Source of the DNA: Dictyostelium discoideum
Taxonomy: Eukaryota
Assembly (NCBI GenBank): GCA_000004695.1
Contig: CM000151.3
Coordinates: forward strand, 5,600,001 to 5,664,000
Length of the DNA stretch: 64,000 bases
Reading direction: 5' to 3'
In this document: piece by piece, positions 15,335 through 27,360 of the stretch
Layout of the letters: every line of letters begins with the position of its first letter
How positions within the stretch are numbered: position 1 is the first letter of the stretch
The notes under the pieces: model-generated
Seen by the model: the letters and a program-made list of their open reading frames with translations, nothing else
Told to the model about the DNA's origin: nothing
The model's database searches: none
Program-made: the position numbers and the translations under genes

Positions 15335-15905
15335 ATTGTGTTTAATAAATATAAATTATATTAAGATAATAGATAAAAAACAATTTGAATAAATAAATAA
15401 ATATATTATTATTTTAAAAAAATTATTATTATTTGTATTTCTTTTTTTTTATTATTTTAATTTATTTTAGATTTTTTTTTTATAATAATAATTCTGGCCA
15501 ATTCTACAAAAAAAAAGTACTAAGAGATTTAAAAAGTCATAAAAGATTTTTAAAAAAAAAAAAAAACAAAAAAAAAAAAACGGTTTGTGTGTTGTTTATT
15601 TTTAGTTTTTTTTTTTTTTTTTTGTTTATTTTTTTTTAATCAGTGTTATTACCAAAAACCTCTAATTTATTTATCAAAAATAATAAAAAAAAAAAAAAGA
15701 TTTCATAAATTTATCTGTTCCTTTTTTTTTTTTTTTTTTAAAATCAAACTTTTTTTTTTTTTTTAATTTAAATTTCTTTTATTATTATTTTTTTTTTTTT
15801 TAATTTAAATTTTCTTTTTTTGAATAAAAACTTAATTTAATTTTTAGTTAATCATTTAAATTAAAAACATTAATTATATATTTATTTATTTATTAAAAGA
15901 AAAAA

Positions 15906-16901
15906 ATGAATAAATTATTAAATATTTATTTTAATTCAATTAGACCTGGATCATATTTATTTCCAAGTATTTCAATTGTATTTTTAACACCAGCATTATA
16001 TGTTCAAGATCAGCTTAATTTCGGATTAACATTTTATTCAATTTTTACATTTTATGTTTTATATTATCTTGGATCACAATGGAATACATATTTAGATTAT
16101 ATTACTGGTGTTGATAATAGTAAATCTGATGATAAAACATTATTTGGTGTTATGTCATTAGGTGAATTAAAAATTGCAATGGCTCTATCAGTAATTATCA
16201 ATTATATTTCAATTGGAGTATTATATTTTTATTTAAAATTTATAGAATTGCAATCTGAAAGATTCGGAACAATAGTTTTAATAAATACTTTATTAATAAT
16301 TGTAAATTTATTGTACACCCCATTAAAGTATATTGTAATTGGTCAATTTTCAATAAGATTAACATCATATGTCTTCACCTTATTAATAACATATATAAAC
16401 AGTGGCGTATTCTCATTCTTTGATAGTAATGATCCAATACCTTGTTATTCCTTATTATTCCATTTCTCATATCATCATTGGCATTTGCAAATTGTCTTAG
16501 AGATTTAAAACTTGATAAAGAAAGTGGAATCATTACCATAACAATTCTATTTGGTGAATTTATTTCAAAATATTATTACGTTTTTTGTTTTTTTGTGTAT
16601 GTATAAATTTAAAATAAAATAATAAAAAAAAAAAAAAAAAAAAAAAAATGTTTAGAAAAACTAACTTTTGAAAATAATTAAAAAAAAAAGAACTTATTAT
16701 TATTTATTTTGGTTATCAGGAAAGTTTGGTAATATTTGGTTATTTTTAGTTCCATTATTAATCTTACCATTTTTATTCATCTTTTGTAAGGGTTTCTTAA
16801 AAAATGGAAACTATCAAAAATTAAACCTTAAAACATTCAAATTATATTATTTATTTGGATTTGCAATGTTAATTGGTATAATTATTGGTGGAAAGAAATA
16901 A
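15906..16901 (+). CDS. UbiA-superfamily prenyltransferase, UBIAD1/MenA-like, with an apparent internal -1/+2 frameshift near 16420-16440 and an intron at 16597..16690. It may be a pseudogene, a sequence error or an unusual transcript.
   Basis: Frame A (ORF 15906..16508) encodes the MenA/UBIAD1 first motif WNTYLDYITGVDNSKSDDKTLFG (UBIAD1: [20 protein letters not shown]). The second motif LAFANCLRDLKLDKESGIITITILFGE (MenA: NNxRDxxxDxxxGxxTL..G) is in a different frame that opens only after four consecutive stops at about 16418-16429. The C-terminal exon (16691..16901: ...LVPLLILPFLF..KLNLKTFKLYYLFGFAMLIG) matches the UBIAD1 C-terminus. Confidence 0.65.
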
Positions 16902-16991
16902 TCATCATACCCCTCTCCCCCCAACTGTCACCCCATCCCAAGTAAATTATAATTTCTTATTTAAATTTTTAATAAATCCAAACTATTTATT

Positions 16992-17088
16992 TTATTGAAT
17001 TGTACAGTCTTTTGATTTATGTTCTTTTTTTATATTTTTTCTTTTCTTTTTTACATGATGACTATTACTATTACTATTACTTAATTCA

Positions 17089-17177
<89 letters not shown>

Positions 17178-17730
17178 GTTATTATTATTATTGATTTCAT
17201 TTTCTGTAGTTGTGGTGGTGGTTGAAATTATTGTTGTTTGACATTTAGATTCTTTTTCAATTGCTGTTATGAACTCAGTATATGAATCTGATCTATGATC
17301 AATAGTTAGAGAACGACGATTAGGTAGTCTAATGAATAAAACTAAGTGGTCACCATCAATAATTCCACTATCTTCAATTGTTGAACCTTCTTCCATTCTT
17401 TTTTTATTTGATAATAGTAAACGTTGTTGATCTGTATATTTAAGAAATTAAAGAATTATAAATTTAAATATTTTATTTTAATTTAATTAAATAAATTTTA
17501 ATTTATATTATAAACAATCAATTAAATCATAATTTTTTTTATTTTTTATTATTATTTGGTTGAATTTTTTATTTTTTATTTTATTTTATTTTTTTTTTTT
17601 TTTTGAAATTCTTACCAAATGGAGTATCTGTATGCTTTTCAATTTTTCTTTTGATATCTTCAGTAGTATCTGATGGATTTACTTCCAATTCAAATGAATG
17701 GCCTAATAAGGATCTAATTGTAATTTTCAT
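16992..17730 (-). CDS. Ubiquitin-like (beta-grasp) domain protein with an Asn-rich linker and a basic C-terminal tail. Two exons on the minus strand: 17730..17616, 17431..16992.
   Basis: Exon 1 encodes MKITIRSLLGHSFELEVNPSDTTEDIKRKIEKHTDTPF (the ubiquitin beta1-beta2-alpha1 pattern). After a 184-bp intron (GTAAGA..ATATACAG, phase 1) exon 2 continues DQQRLLLSNKKRMEEGSTIEDSGIIDGDHLVLFIRL (the ubiquitin C-terminal half), then poly-Asn and a Lys-rich end. The exon 2 start is anchored to ORF 16992..17396. Confidence 0.65.
17097..17195. repeat. (ATT)n of about 33 units. It encodes the poly-Asn linker of the ubiquitin-like protein on the minus strand.
   Basis: Direct reading. Confidence 0.9.
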
Positions 17731-17815
17731 TTTAAATATTTATTTGTTTATTTATTTTTTTATTTTTTAATTTTTTTATTTTTCTTTTCTTTTCTTTTTT
17801 ATTTTTTTTTTAAAA

Positions 17816-17846
<31 letters not shown>

Positions 17847-17996
17847 ATAAGAGAATAAAAGTTCATTGTTTATCTGAAAAAAAAAAAAAACAAAAATAAA
17901 AAAATAAAAATAAAAAAAATTTGTTTGATTTTGATTTTTTTTTGAAATTTAAGCTAAAATAAGTACATGTTTTCGTTTAAAAAAAAAAAAAAAATT

Positions 17997-18052
17997 AAAT
18001 AAAATAAAATAAAATAAAATAAAATAAAATAAAATAAAATAAAATAAAATAA
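17997..18052. repeat. (AAAAT)n microsatellite of about 11 units in intergenic DNA.
   Basis: aaataaaataaaat... read directly. Confidence 0.9.
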
Positions 18053-18131
18053 AGTAAAAAATACTAAAATAAAATAAAAAATATTAAAAATAAAAATATA
18101 TTAATTTGAATTACAATTATAATATATATAA

Positions 18132-18165
<34 letters not shown>

Positions 18166-18503
18166 ATACTTAATTAATTAGCACAATAATTTAATTCAAG
18201 TATCAAAGTTTTAAAGTGAGAGTAAAAAACAAACAAATTTTATTAATTAATTAAAAAAAAAAAAAATTAATTCTGAAAGTTAAAAATAATCACAAAAAAA
18301 AAAAAAATAAAAAATAAAAAAGAAAAAAAATTAAAAAAAAAAAAAGTTACTTATTTTAATTTAATTTCTTTAAAAGTGAAGATAAAAAAAAAGAAAAAAA
18401 GAAAAAAAAAAATATCTTAACGCGTGATTAGTAAAAAAAAAAAATTATAAAAATTAAAAAAATTAAAAAAATTAATTTAAATAATCAACCAATGACTATT
18501 CAC

Positions 18504-18534
<31 letters not shown>

Positions 18535-18737
18535 GCAAATTTAGAAAAGTTAAAAAAAAAAAAATCATCATTGATATTATTATTTTTTTCTATTTTTTAA
18601 TTATTTTCTAATTAATTTTAAAATGTTGACTAAAAAAAAAAAAAAAAAACAAATTTTTTTTTTTTTTTTTAGTTTAGTATTTTTTTTTTTTTCTTCTGAT
18701 AGTGAATAAATTAAATTTATATAAATAATAAAATAAA

Positions 18738-19736
18738 ATGGAACCAATCTTTAAATCAGAAGATAGAATTTGGTATGTGACTGGTACTAGCTCAGGTTTA
18801 GGTTTAAATTTAGTTACACAATTAGCAAAGAAACCAAATACTAAAGTTGTTGCAATTACTCGTAATCCAGCAGAAACAAAAAGTAGAATTGATCCAGAAT
18901 TATTAGAAAATGTTTTTATAATTAAAGCTGACGTTACAAATGAAGAAAGTGTAAAAGAAAGTATTAAACAGACAATGGAAAAATTCGGAAGAATTGATTG
19001 TGTTGTTAATAATGCCGGTTTTGGTATTGCTGGTGCTGTGTAATTATCAAATTTATTATTTTATTTTATAATTAATTATTTTATTTATTTTTATTTTTTT
19101 GTTTAGAATAAAAAAAAAAAAAAAAAAATATTAATTACGATTTAATTTTTTAATTTAAATTTTAGTGAAGAAATTTCAAATGAAGAAATGAGAAAAATCT
19201 TTGATGTCAACTTTTTTGGTCTTTTAAATGTAATTCGTAATGTTAATCCAATCTTGAGAGAACAAAGATCAGGTTTTATCTTCAATATTTCATCAGTTGC
19301 TGGTTGGTTAGGACTTGGTGAATTAAGTGCTTATTGTTCTTCAAAATTTGCTGTCACTGGTTTAACAATTTCTTTAGAACAAGAAATGGCTCAATTCGGT
19401 GTAAAAGTTGTATTAGTATCACCAAGCGGTTTCAAATCAAGTTTTGTTGATACTGGTATGAGTCTTCCAAAGAATAGAATCGATGTATATAAAACTGATG
19501 ATCGTTGTGTATGGTTAGATGATATTGTGAATAATGCACGTGGTAATCCAGATAAATTCTCTGAAGTCGTAATTAACATTTCTGAATCTGAAAACCCACC
19601 TAAAAACATATTTTTAGGAACTCATGCAATGCAATTCATGAGAGGTTGGTTCGCAGCTCAAACTGCTGAATTGGAAAAGAATCTTCCAATTACAATTGGA
19701 ACCGATTATGAAAATGCTCCAAAAATTGAATATTAA
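18738..19736 (+). CDS. Short-chain dehydrogenase/reductase (SDR family). Two exons: 18738..19039, 19166..19736.
   Basis: The SDR signatures are present: TGTSSGLG (TGxxxGxG cofactor site), NNAG, and the catalytic S...YCSSK (YxxxK). The intron is GTAATT..TTTAG in phase 2, and joining gives ...GIAGAV-V-EEISNEEMRKIFDVNFFG..., consistent with both ORF-track frames. Confidence 0.85.
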
Positions 19737-20255
19737 AAATAAAATTTATTTTTTTAATTTTTTCCAACCCCAACGTTTACACAACTGTTTTTATTTTAAA
19801 TTTTAAAATTTTAAATTTAGCAAATGTTTTTCATTTGAAGAAAAAAAAAAATATTATATAAAAATAAATTCAAAAGAACATTAACATTAATTTTCCCATG
19901 TAAATTGAATATTTTTTTTTTAATAATTTAATTTTATTATAAAATAAAAAAATTAAATACTTTTTTTAATAAAAATTAATTTTAACTTTAATAAGTTTAT
20001 AATATTTTTATTTTTGTTTTTTTTTATAAAAATTAATATAAAATAAAAAATTTAAAATAAAAAAAAAAATATCTTGTGATTTTATCTCCATTTTATTGAT
20101 ATTTATTTCCAAAAAAATATCTTTAAATAAATTTTTTACATTTTATAAAAAAAAAAAAAAAATAAAAAAATAATCCTGATATTGATTTGATTTGATTTTA
20201 TTTTAATTGTTTTACAAAATTAAAAAATATTATTATTATAAAAAAAAATAAAAAA

Positions 20256-23200
20256 ATGAAATTAATATTTTTAATATTAATTTCTTTATTATTTATATAT
20301 TTAACTGAATCACAAACACTTGAACCAGGAGAGTATAATTGTTTGTCTGCAATTGCAGAAAAATATAACCCAACTGGATGGTTAAAACAAGAAGGTAGTA
20401 ATTATACATTTTGTACATATAGTGGAATTTCATGTGATGTCAATGGTAGAGTTGAAAAGTAATATATACAGAATTTATTTAATAAAAAAAAAATAAAAAA
20501 AAAAAAAAAAATTGGAAAAAAAAAAGTATTAACCCAAAATTTAAATTTTAAAAAAGATTACAAATTAGTGGTTCAGGGGGTAAAACAAATAAATTTTCAC
20601 AATCAGATTTAAGTTGTGCGACCTACTTTAAACAATTGTAATTATTTAATATTTTTTTTTAATTATTTTGGAATTTGTAAAAAATAATTTTAATAACAAA
20701 AAAAAAAAAAAAAAAAAAAGAGATATAAAATATTTAGATATTGATCCAGGATTAATTTTTTATAAATTTGGGTCATGTAATATTGTATCATATTCTGCAA
20801 CAAATGGACCACAACAAATTAATCAACCTTTACCATCTTATGAAGAATTTACATTATTTTCTTTAAATTTAAATAACTCAATTATCAAAACTTCATATTT
20901 ATGTAATGTTAAAAATTTAAAAATATATGGAAGTGGATATGTAAATTTTATAAGTGATGGTGTCAATTCTTGTAATGGAAATAACAATTTAAATCAAATT
21001 TTGATATGGGCAAATAATTATCCAGATTATTCATATTTCAAAGATAATTTAAAATCAATTACAATGAGTTTTGGATTAGGTTTTGAAAAAGATTCAATCA
21101 ATAATTTTTCAAAGATTTATGCACCAACTGTTGAAATTAATCATTGGATAACTCAAGAGACTACTCCATTCTATGCATCTGAAAATTTCAATATTAAATC
21201 ATTATCTATGAAAGGTTCATTTGAAAAGCAATCATCCATCATTGATTTAAGGCCAAATGTGAATTATGAAAAGGTTAATATTTATGTTTATGGTTTCCAA
21301 TTTAATGTTGATGGTAAACTTCCTATTATAGTTGGTAATAATGTAGAATTTATGTTTACAAATGGTAATATAACCTCATTGCCATCTTTGAAAACATTTG
21401 GTGATAGTTCACATAGAGTTATGATCAATAGTACTATTTCAGTTTCAACAGTATTACCAATATATGATGGAACTGGGCTATCATATGATTTAAGTTTAAA
21501 TAGATTCACAGGTACAATCGATCCTTCATGGTGTAACACTGAAGTAAATTTCCGTTTAAATTCTTTATCAGGTTCAATTCCATCATGTTTTTCCTGTTAT
21601 TTTAATAGTACAAGTACAAGTGATGGATATTTACCAGATATGTATAATAGGTTCGCTGGTAATCAATTCACAACTCAACAACTAAATAAATTTATAGCAT
21701 GTACCACCTTTCGTCCATTGGTTAAAGTATTAAATAAAACAGCTATCAGTGTTCAAGGTATCGATATTGGATTTGATACAAGTAATTGGTTAGTTAATGG
21801 TTCAATTGGTTTTCAAAAAACTATTCCAATTAGAGTTGGTAGTGAATACCACTGTTCACTTTCTTCTGGTAGTTTTGTAGGTGTTGATTATTTTTCAGTG
21901 TTATTCATACTTCCAAATAATAATTTATACACATTTGCAACCAATCCCAAAAAAGAACCAAATCCAAATTTTGTAGTCCTCGAATCGTCTAGATTGAAAA
22001 TTAAAGGTACCTTCTTTTCAAGTTATATCAACTACATTAATCAAAATGTAACATTGGGATCTACTCTATCCACATGTATAATAAAATCTGGTGATTTCTT
22101 TTCAATTGAATGTAGTGCCCCTGAATCAATTTCAGGTAAAACTACTGTAGCCATTGGAACCGGGTCATTGAGAAGAAGAGTTATTGCCAATTTACAAGAT
22201 GGTTTGGTTAATAATAAGACATGTCCAAATGATTGTACAAGTGATACAAATGGTGTTTGTGATCTTACTACTGGAAATTGCCTTTGTGAATTGGGCTTTG
22301 TATATAGTGATTGTAGTGGTATAGATTGTGGATTTTATTGTAATAATGGTTTCTGTGACTTTTTAAATGGTTACTGTTCTTGTAATACAGGTTATACAGG
22401 AATTAATTGTAATATCTCTATGATTGGTTGTCCTTCTACTGACTCAGAAGAATGCTCCAGTAATGGTATTTGTGACTATACTACTGGTTCATGTTCATGT
22501 AATCTTGGTTATCAAGGTATGGATTGCTCGATTAAAGTATTGACCTGCCCAATTGGACTAAATATGCAAATTTGTAGTGGATTTGGTTTTTGTAATAATA
22601 TGACTGGCCTATGTGTATGTGAAATGGGAAGAGCATCAAGCGATTGTAGTGGATTTGAATGTATACCAAATGATTGTTATTCTCGTGGTAGATGTGATTT
22701 TACAGTTGGTAATTGTACTTGCTTTGATAAACAATGGCTAGGAGAGAATTGTTCAATACCATATCAATATATTTCATCAATATCACCATCAACAACAGAT
22801 GGTGGATTAGCAATAATTTATGGATTGTTTGGTGAAGTACATGATGGATTATCAGTTAAACTCGATGGTATAGATTGTAATATTACAAACTATTCATCCG
22901 ATGAAATTTCATTTATAGCACCTCCAGGTACAAGTAAAAAATCATTATCACTATCTCAAAATGGTATTACAATTTATGAAGAATATAGATATGAAAATAA
23001 ACTTCAATTATGCCCAACCAACTGTTCCAGAAATGGAATTTGTAATTCAAGTAATGGAGAATGTAATTGCAATAATGGTTATAGTGGATTTGATTGTAGT
23101 ATTCATTCAGGTAATGGTAATGGTAATCCAACCAATACAACAATTGACCCTTCGACAGGTAGTACAGTTATTACAAACAAAGATATAAATTTCAACATTT

Positions 23201-23997
23201 TTTTTAAATCAATTTCAGAAATTGATTATAATGGAAAAATAGTAAAAGAATATCCATTACAAAATAATTGGGAAATTAATTCAAATAGTAATCAAAGATA
23301 TCAATTAGTTCAAAGTATTCAGGATAATGGAACATGCACAATCACATCAATTATTGAAGAGATTACAAATTCAAATGGTAAAGAATTTATATTTGCAGAT
23401 ACAACATTTACTTTGGAAAAAGGCTCAATCAAATTTACAATTTCAATTAATAACTATACATATGAAAATAATTTAAATACATTACAATTAAAACTTGTAT
23501 CTTTAATTGGTGATAATAATGATGATGATAATGAAAATAGTAGTAATTGTAATAAAAATCAAACAGAGATTGAAACTAATGATAACCAAGAAGGAAAATT
23601 AAATTTTAATTATATTAAAATTTCAAAAGATAATAGAATTTTAGTTGGTAGATTCATAAATAAATTAGTTTCAAATGGTAGATCAACATTTTTATCAACA
23701 ACCATAACAAATGATACTCAGTCATCAGTTATTGTTTCCCTCAACTTACCACATTGTAAAGATTGTTTAATAGATCCAGACTTTTCTTTAGTTATTACAT
23801 CAGATTTTAAATCAAATTGTGGTGATGATGATTCCAAAAATAATTGGGTTATACCAACTGCTGTTGTTATATCAGTGGCTGGTACTGCAATTATTGCTGG
23901 TGCTTTATTATTTTATTATAGAAAAAAGTTTGTTGATGGTAAACTTCAAAAACAATTAAAACAATTAAAAATGAATAAACAAAAAACAAAAAATTAA
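20256..23997 (+). CDS. Type I membrane glycoprotein with tenascin-type EGF repeats and an IPT/TIG-like domain (ComC/Tgr-like cell-surface protein family). Two exons: 20256..20458, 20721..23997.
   Basis: Exon 1 is a signal peptide (MKLIFLILISLLFIYLTES). The intron is GTAATA..(A)nAG in phase 2. The mature protein has many N-glycosylation sites and about 8 Cys-rich EGF modules (CPNDCTSDTNGVCDLTTGNCLCELGFVYSDC...). An IPT/TIG-like segment follows (ISPSTTDGGLAIIYGLFGEVHDGLSVKLDGIDCNITNYSSDEISFIAPPG). The C-terminal TM helix (WVIPTAVVISVAGTAIIAGALLFYY) precedes a short basic cytoplasmic tail. Confidence 0.75.
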
Positions 23998-24592
23998 ATT
24001 TATTCTTAAAAGCAATTGTTTTTGATTTTTTTTTTTTTAAAAAAAAGCCCAAAAATAAATTCAAAAAAAAAAATTAATTCTAATTTGATTAAAACTAAAA
24101 TAAAAATAAAATCTGTTTTTTATTATTGTAAAAATCATTCTAGGGGACTCATATAAAATATTATGAAAAATTTTCAAATTTTGAAAATTGCACAAACTTG
24201 GTTCTTACAACATTTTAATCATTTTTTGTTATTTTTGAAAAAGGACATTTTACAAAAATATCTTTTTTTATTTTTTTTTATTTTTTTTATTTTTTTTTTT
24301 TATTTTTTTTTTCACAAAATTAATATTTTTGAAACTATTATTTTTAACTATTCTAGAATCTGGCTTATTTTAAAAATAAATTATATCTTTTTTTTTTTAA
24401 AAGAATAAGAAATAATCAAAAAAATAAAATAAAATATAAATAAAAATAAAAATAAAAAAAAAAATAAAAATAAAAAAAAAAATTAAAATAAAAAACAGTG
24501 TTCATATGATCAAATTTTTTTTTTTTTTGATTTTTTTTAAAACCTTCTGTTCGTAATTATTTCAAAATTGGTGCGACACACTCGTATCCACA

Positions 24593-27192
24593 ATGAAAAA
24601 ATTAGTCCATAAAGAGTCCCAATGGGAAATCCTTTCACAATTGGGTAAATATTATTATATTTTTAATAATAAAAAAAAAAAAAAAAAAAAAAAAATATTA
24701 ATTTATATAAAACATAATTAAAAAGGTACTGGGGCATTTGGGAGAGTAGTGAAGGCTAAAAAGATAAACTGTGATGGTACAGGTATTATAATTGATATAT
24801 GCGCAATTAAAATCATAAAAAAAAGCGTATTTGTAAGTAAAATATATTAGATTTTTTTTTTTTTTTTTATTATTAACTTTTTTTTTTAAAAAAGACAAAA
24901 AATGAAATTGAAATTTTAAAACAATTAGATCACCCTTTAATTGTTAAATATTATGGTTATGGAGTTGGAGAAATTGATGATAATATTTATATTTATATGG
25001 AGTATATAGATGGATATCCAGTATCTTCAATTTTAAGAAAACAACCAAAAAATCAATTTCCAGAAGATATTATTAGTAAAATTGTAATAGATTTAGCATT
25101 AATTCTTTCTTATATTCATGACAATGAAAGAAAAATTATTCATAGAGATTTAAAATGTGATAATATAATGTTAGTAAATGATAATACTCATAGTTGTGAT
25201 GTCAATGGAAATTGTAGTAGAAATGGTGGTGGAAGTGCTAAATCTGCAAATCAATCATTTTTCACTGAAGATTGTGTTTGTAATGTAAATGGTAGTGGTA
25301 CAGATGAAAATTGTAAATCTTGTAAATTAAAGTCAAAACCAATTAGAGAGATTCAAGGCAGTTGTGAAAGTTGTGGAAGTGATTTAGAACAGGATTCATC
25401 ATCATCATCGTCATCCTCATCGTCAACTATTAATAATGGCCAAAGTTCAACTTGTCGTTTAATAAATTGTATATATAGTGTTAGTAAAAAGATTAAATTA
25501 ATTGATTTTGGATTATCAAAAGGTTGTGATGGTGATTCAAAATATTATTCATTGGTTGGTACATCAACTCATATGCCACCAGAGGTTGCTCTAAGAAATA
25601 ATACAGCATGTAGAAAATCAGATATATGGAGTTTGGGTTGTACTATAATTGAAATGGCTGGAGGTAATCTTTTTGAAAAAGATATTCATGGAAAACCAAA
25701 AATACCTGACCATTTATCTGCAAGTTGTAAAAATTTTATTCAACGTTGTTTAACCATTGATCCAAATCATAGAGATGATATTATAAATTTGATTTCTCAT
25801 AATTTCATTGTAAGTTTTTTTTTTTTTTTTAAAATTATTTATTATAGAAATCAGTTTTTTTAATTTAATTTTTTTTAATTTTAGGATAGGAATAGAATTA
25901 ATGAAGAAATAAAAGAAGATATTAGTAAATCGAAAATTCAATTTGATGATGAATTTAATGAAATAATATCACCAGGAGATTTAGATAGTGTAAATGAAGT
26001 TGTATTTGGGTTTGATTTCAATCAAACCATTATACCTGGGACTATGAATTCTGTGAAAAAAATAGAATTTGGTGGTTCATTTAATAAAGAATTATTGATA
26101 GATTCACTTCCATCAGCAACATCAATAACATTTGGTGCACGTTTCAATAATGGGAATAAACCTTTTGCTATTGGAGCAATACCATCAACTTGTAAATCTA
26201 TTACATTTGGTTGGACATATAACCAACCATTTTATCCAGGTATTTTACCCAATTCATTAAAAAAATTAATATTTCAAGAAGGTGGTGATTTCAATAGAAT
26301 TTTAGAGGTTGGTTCGCTACCTTCATCAATTACCACATTAATTTTGGGTGATTATGATCAAAAAATAGAAAAAGGTGTATTACCAAGCTCTTTAACCATA
26401 TTGGAATTAGGAGGGGAATTTAATCAACCTTTAGAGGGATCCATACCAGACTCGGTGACTTCACTAACATTAGGATATAGATTTAATAAAGCTTTAACTG
26501 AAAATTGCATTCCACCAAATTGTAAATTTTTAAAATTCGGATCCAACTTCAATAAAGATTTATCACCTGGAATCCTACCATCATCCATTGAAACATTAAT
26601 ATTAGGTTATTGCTTCAATAAAGAACTTGTGGAAGGTTCTCTACCTTTATCAATCACTACATTAATATATGAACATAGAGATAATCAGAAAAAAGTCTCT
26701 TATGATTATAAGGAGGTCACAAATCTCTCCAAAGATTTAGAGGAAAATGAAATAATACCATTAACTCCGGAATCACTACCAGAATCAATCACTAAATTAA
26801 CAATTGGTAAAAATCAAAATCATGTAATAGAATTCAATTGTTTACCACCTGATCTTCAATGTTTAAAGTATCATGGTGGTTTTATTCGTCCACTAATTCC
26901 ACGTGATTTACCATCCTCAATTACATCTGTAAAACTATATAATTATAATTATGAAATTAAAAAAACCTCAATTCCTAAATCAGTTACTTCCTTACAACTT
27001 GGATCTCGTCACAATAAATTTACTCAAATTCAATCCCTATCAAATTTTCATCCAAATATGCGTGATTTAAAAATATATATAAATGATGATGATATTGATA
27101 TCTATAACTTAAAAGATATTATTCCACAAACAATTACAAGTTTAATCATTAATGGTGACAATATTGATTTACCAATTGGAATTGAAAATTAA
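24593..27192 (+). CDS. FNIP-repeat-containing serine/threonine protein kinase (Dictyostelium fnk-type). Four exons: about 24593..24644, 24725..24831, 24895..25809, 25885..27192.
   Basis: The kinase subdomains are present: LGTGAFGRVVKA (G-loop), AIKII (VAIK Lys), HRDLKCDNIML (catalytic loop), DFGLS, and GTSTHMPPEV. A Cys-rich insert lies in the kinase domain. The C-terminal half is about 15 FNIP repeats (FG..FN..L....LP.S.T.L.FG). Exons 3 and 4 are anchored to ORF-track frames. Exons 1 and 2 come from manual indexing and are less certain. Confidence 0.8.
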
Positions 27193-27360
27193 AAATAATA
27201 CTTATAATAAAATAAATAAATAATAATAATAAAAAAAAACAGTATTTTATTTAATTATTTAATTTTTTTATTTAATTTTTTTATTTTATTTTTATTTTTT
27301 TATTATTATTATTATTTTATTTTTATTTTTATTATATATATATTTTTTTTTTTATTGAGT

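Noticed and set aside
20561-20640. GC-richer patch (…gtggttcagggggtaaaac…gtgcgacctac…) inspected as a possible tRNA gene.
   Set aside because: There is no GTTCGAnTC T-loop box, no plausible acceptor stem or anticodon arm, and it lies inside intron 1 of the EGF/TIG gene. No other tRNA-like sequence was found in the window.
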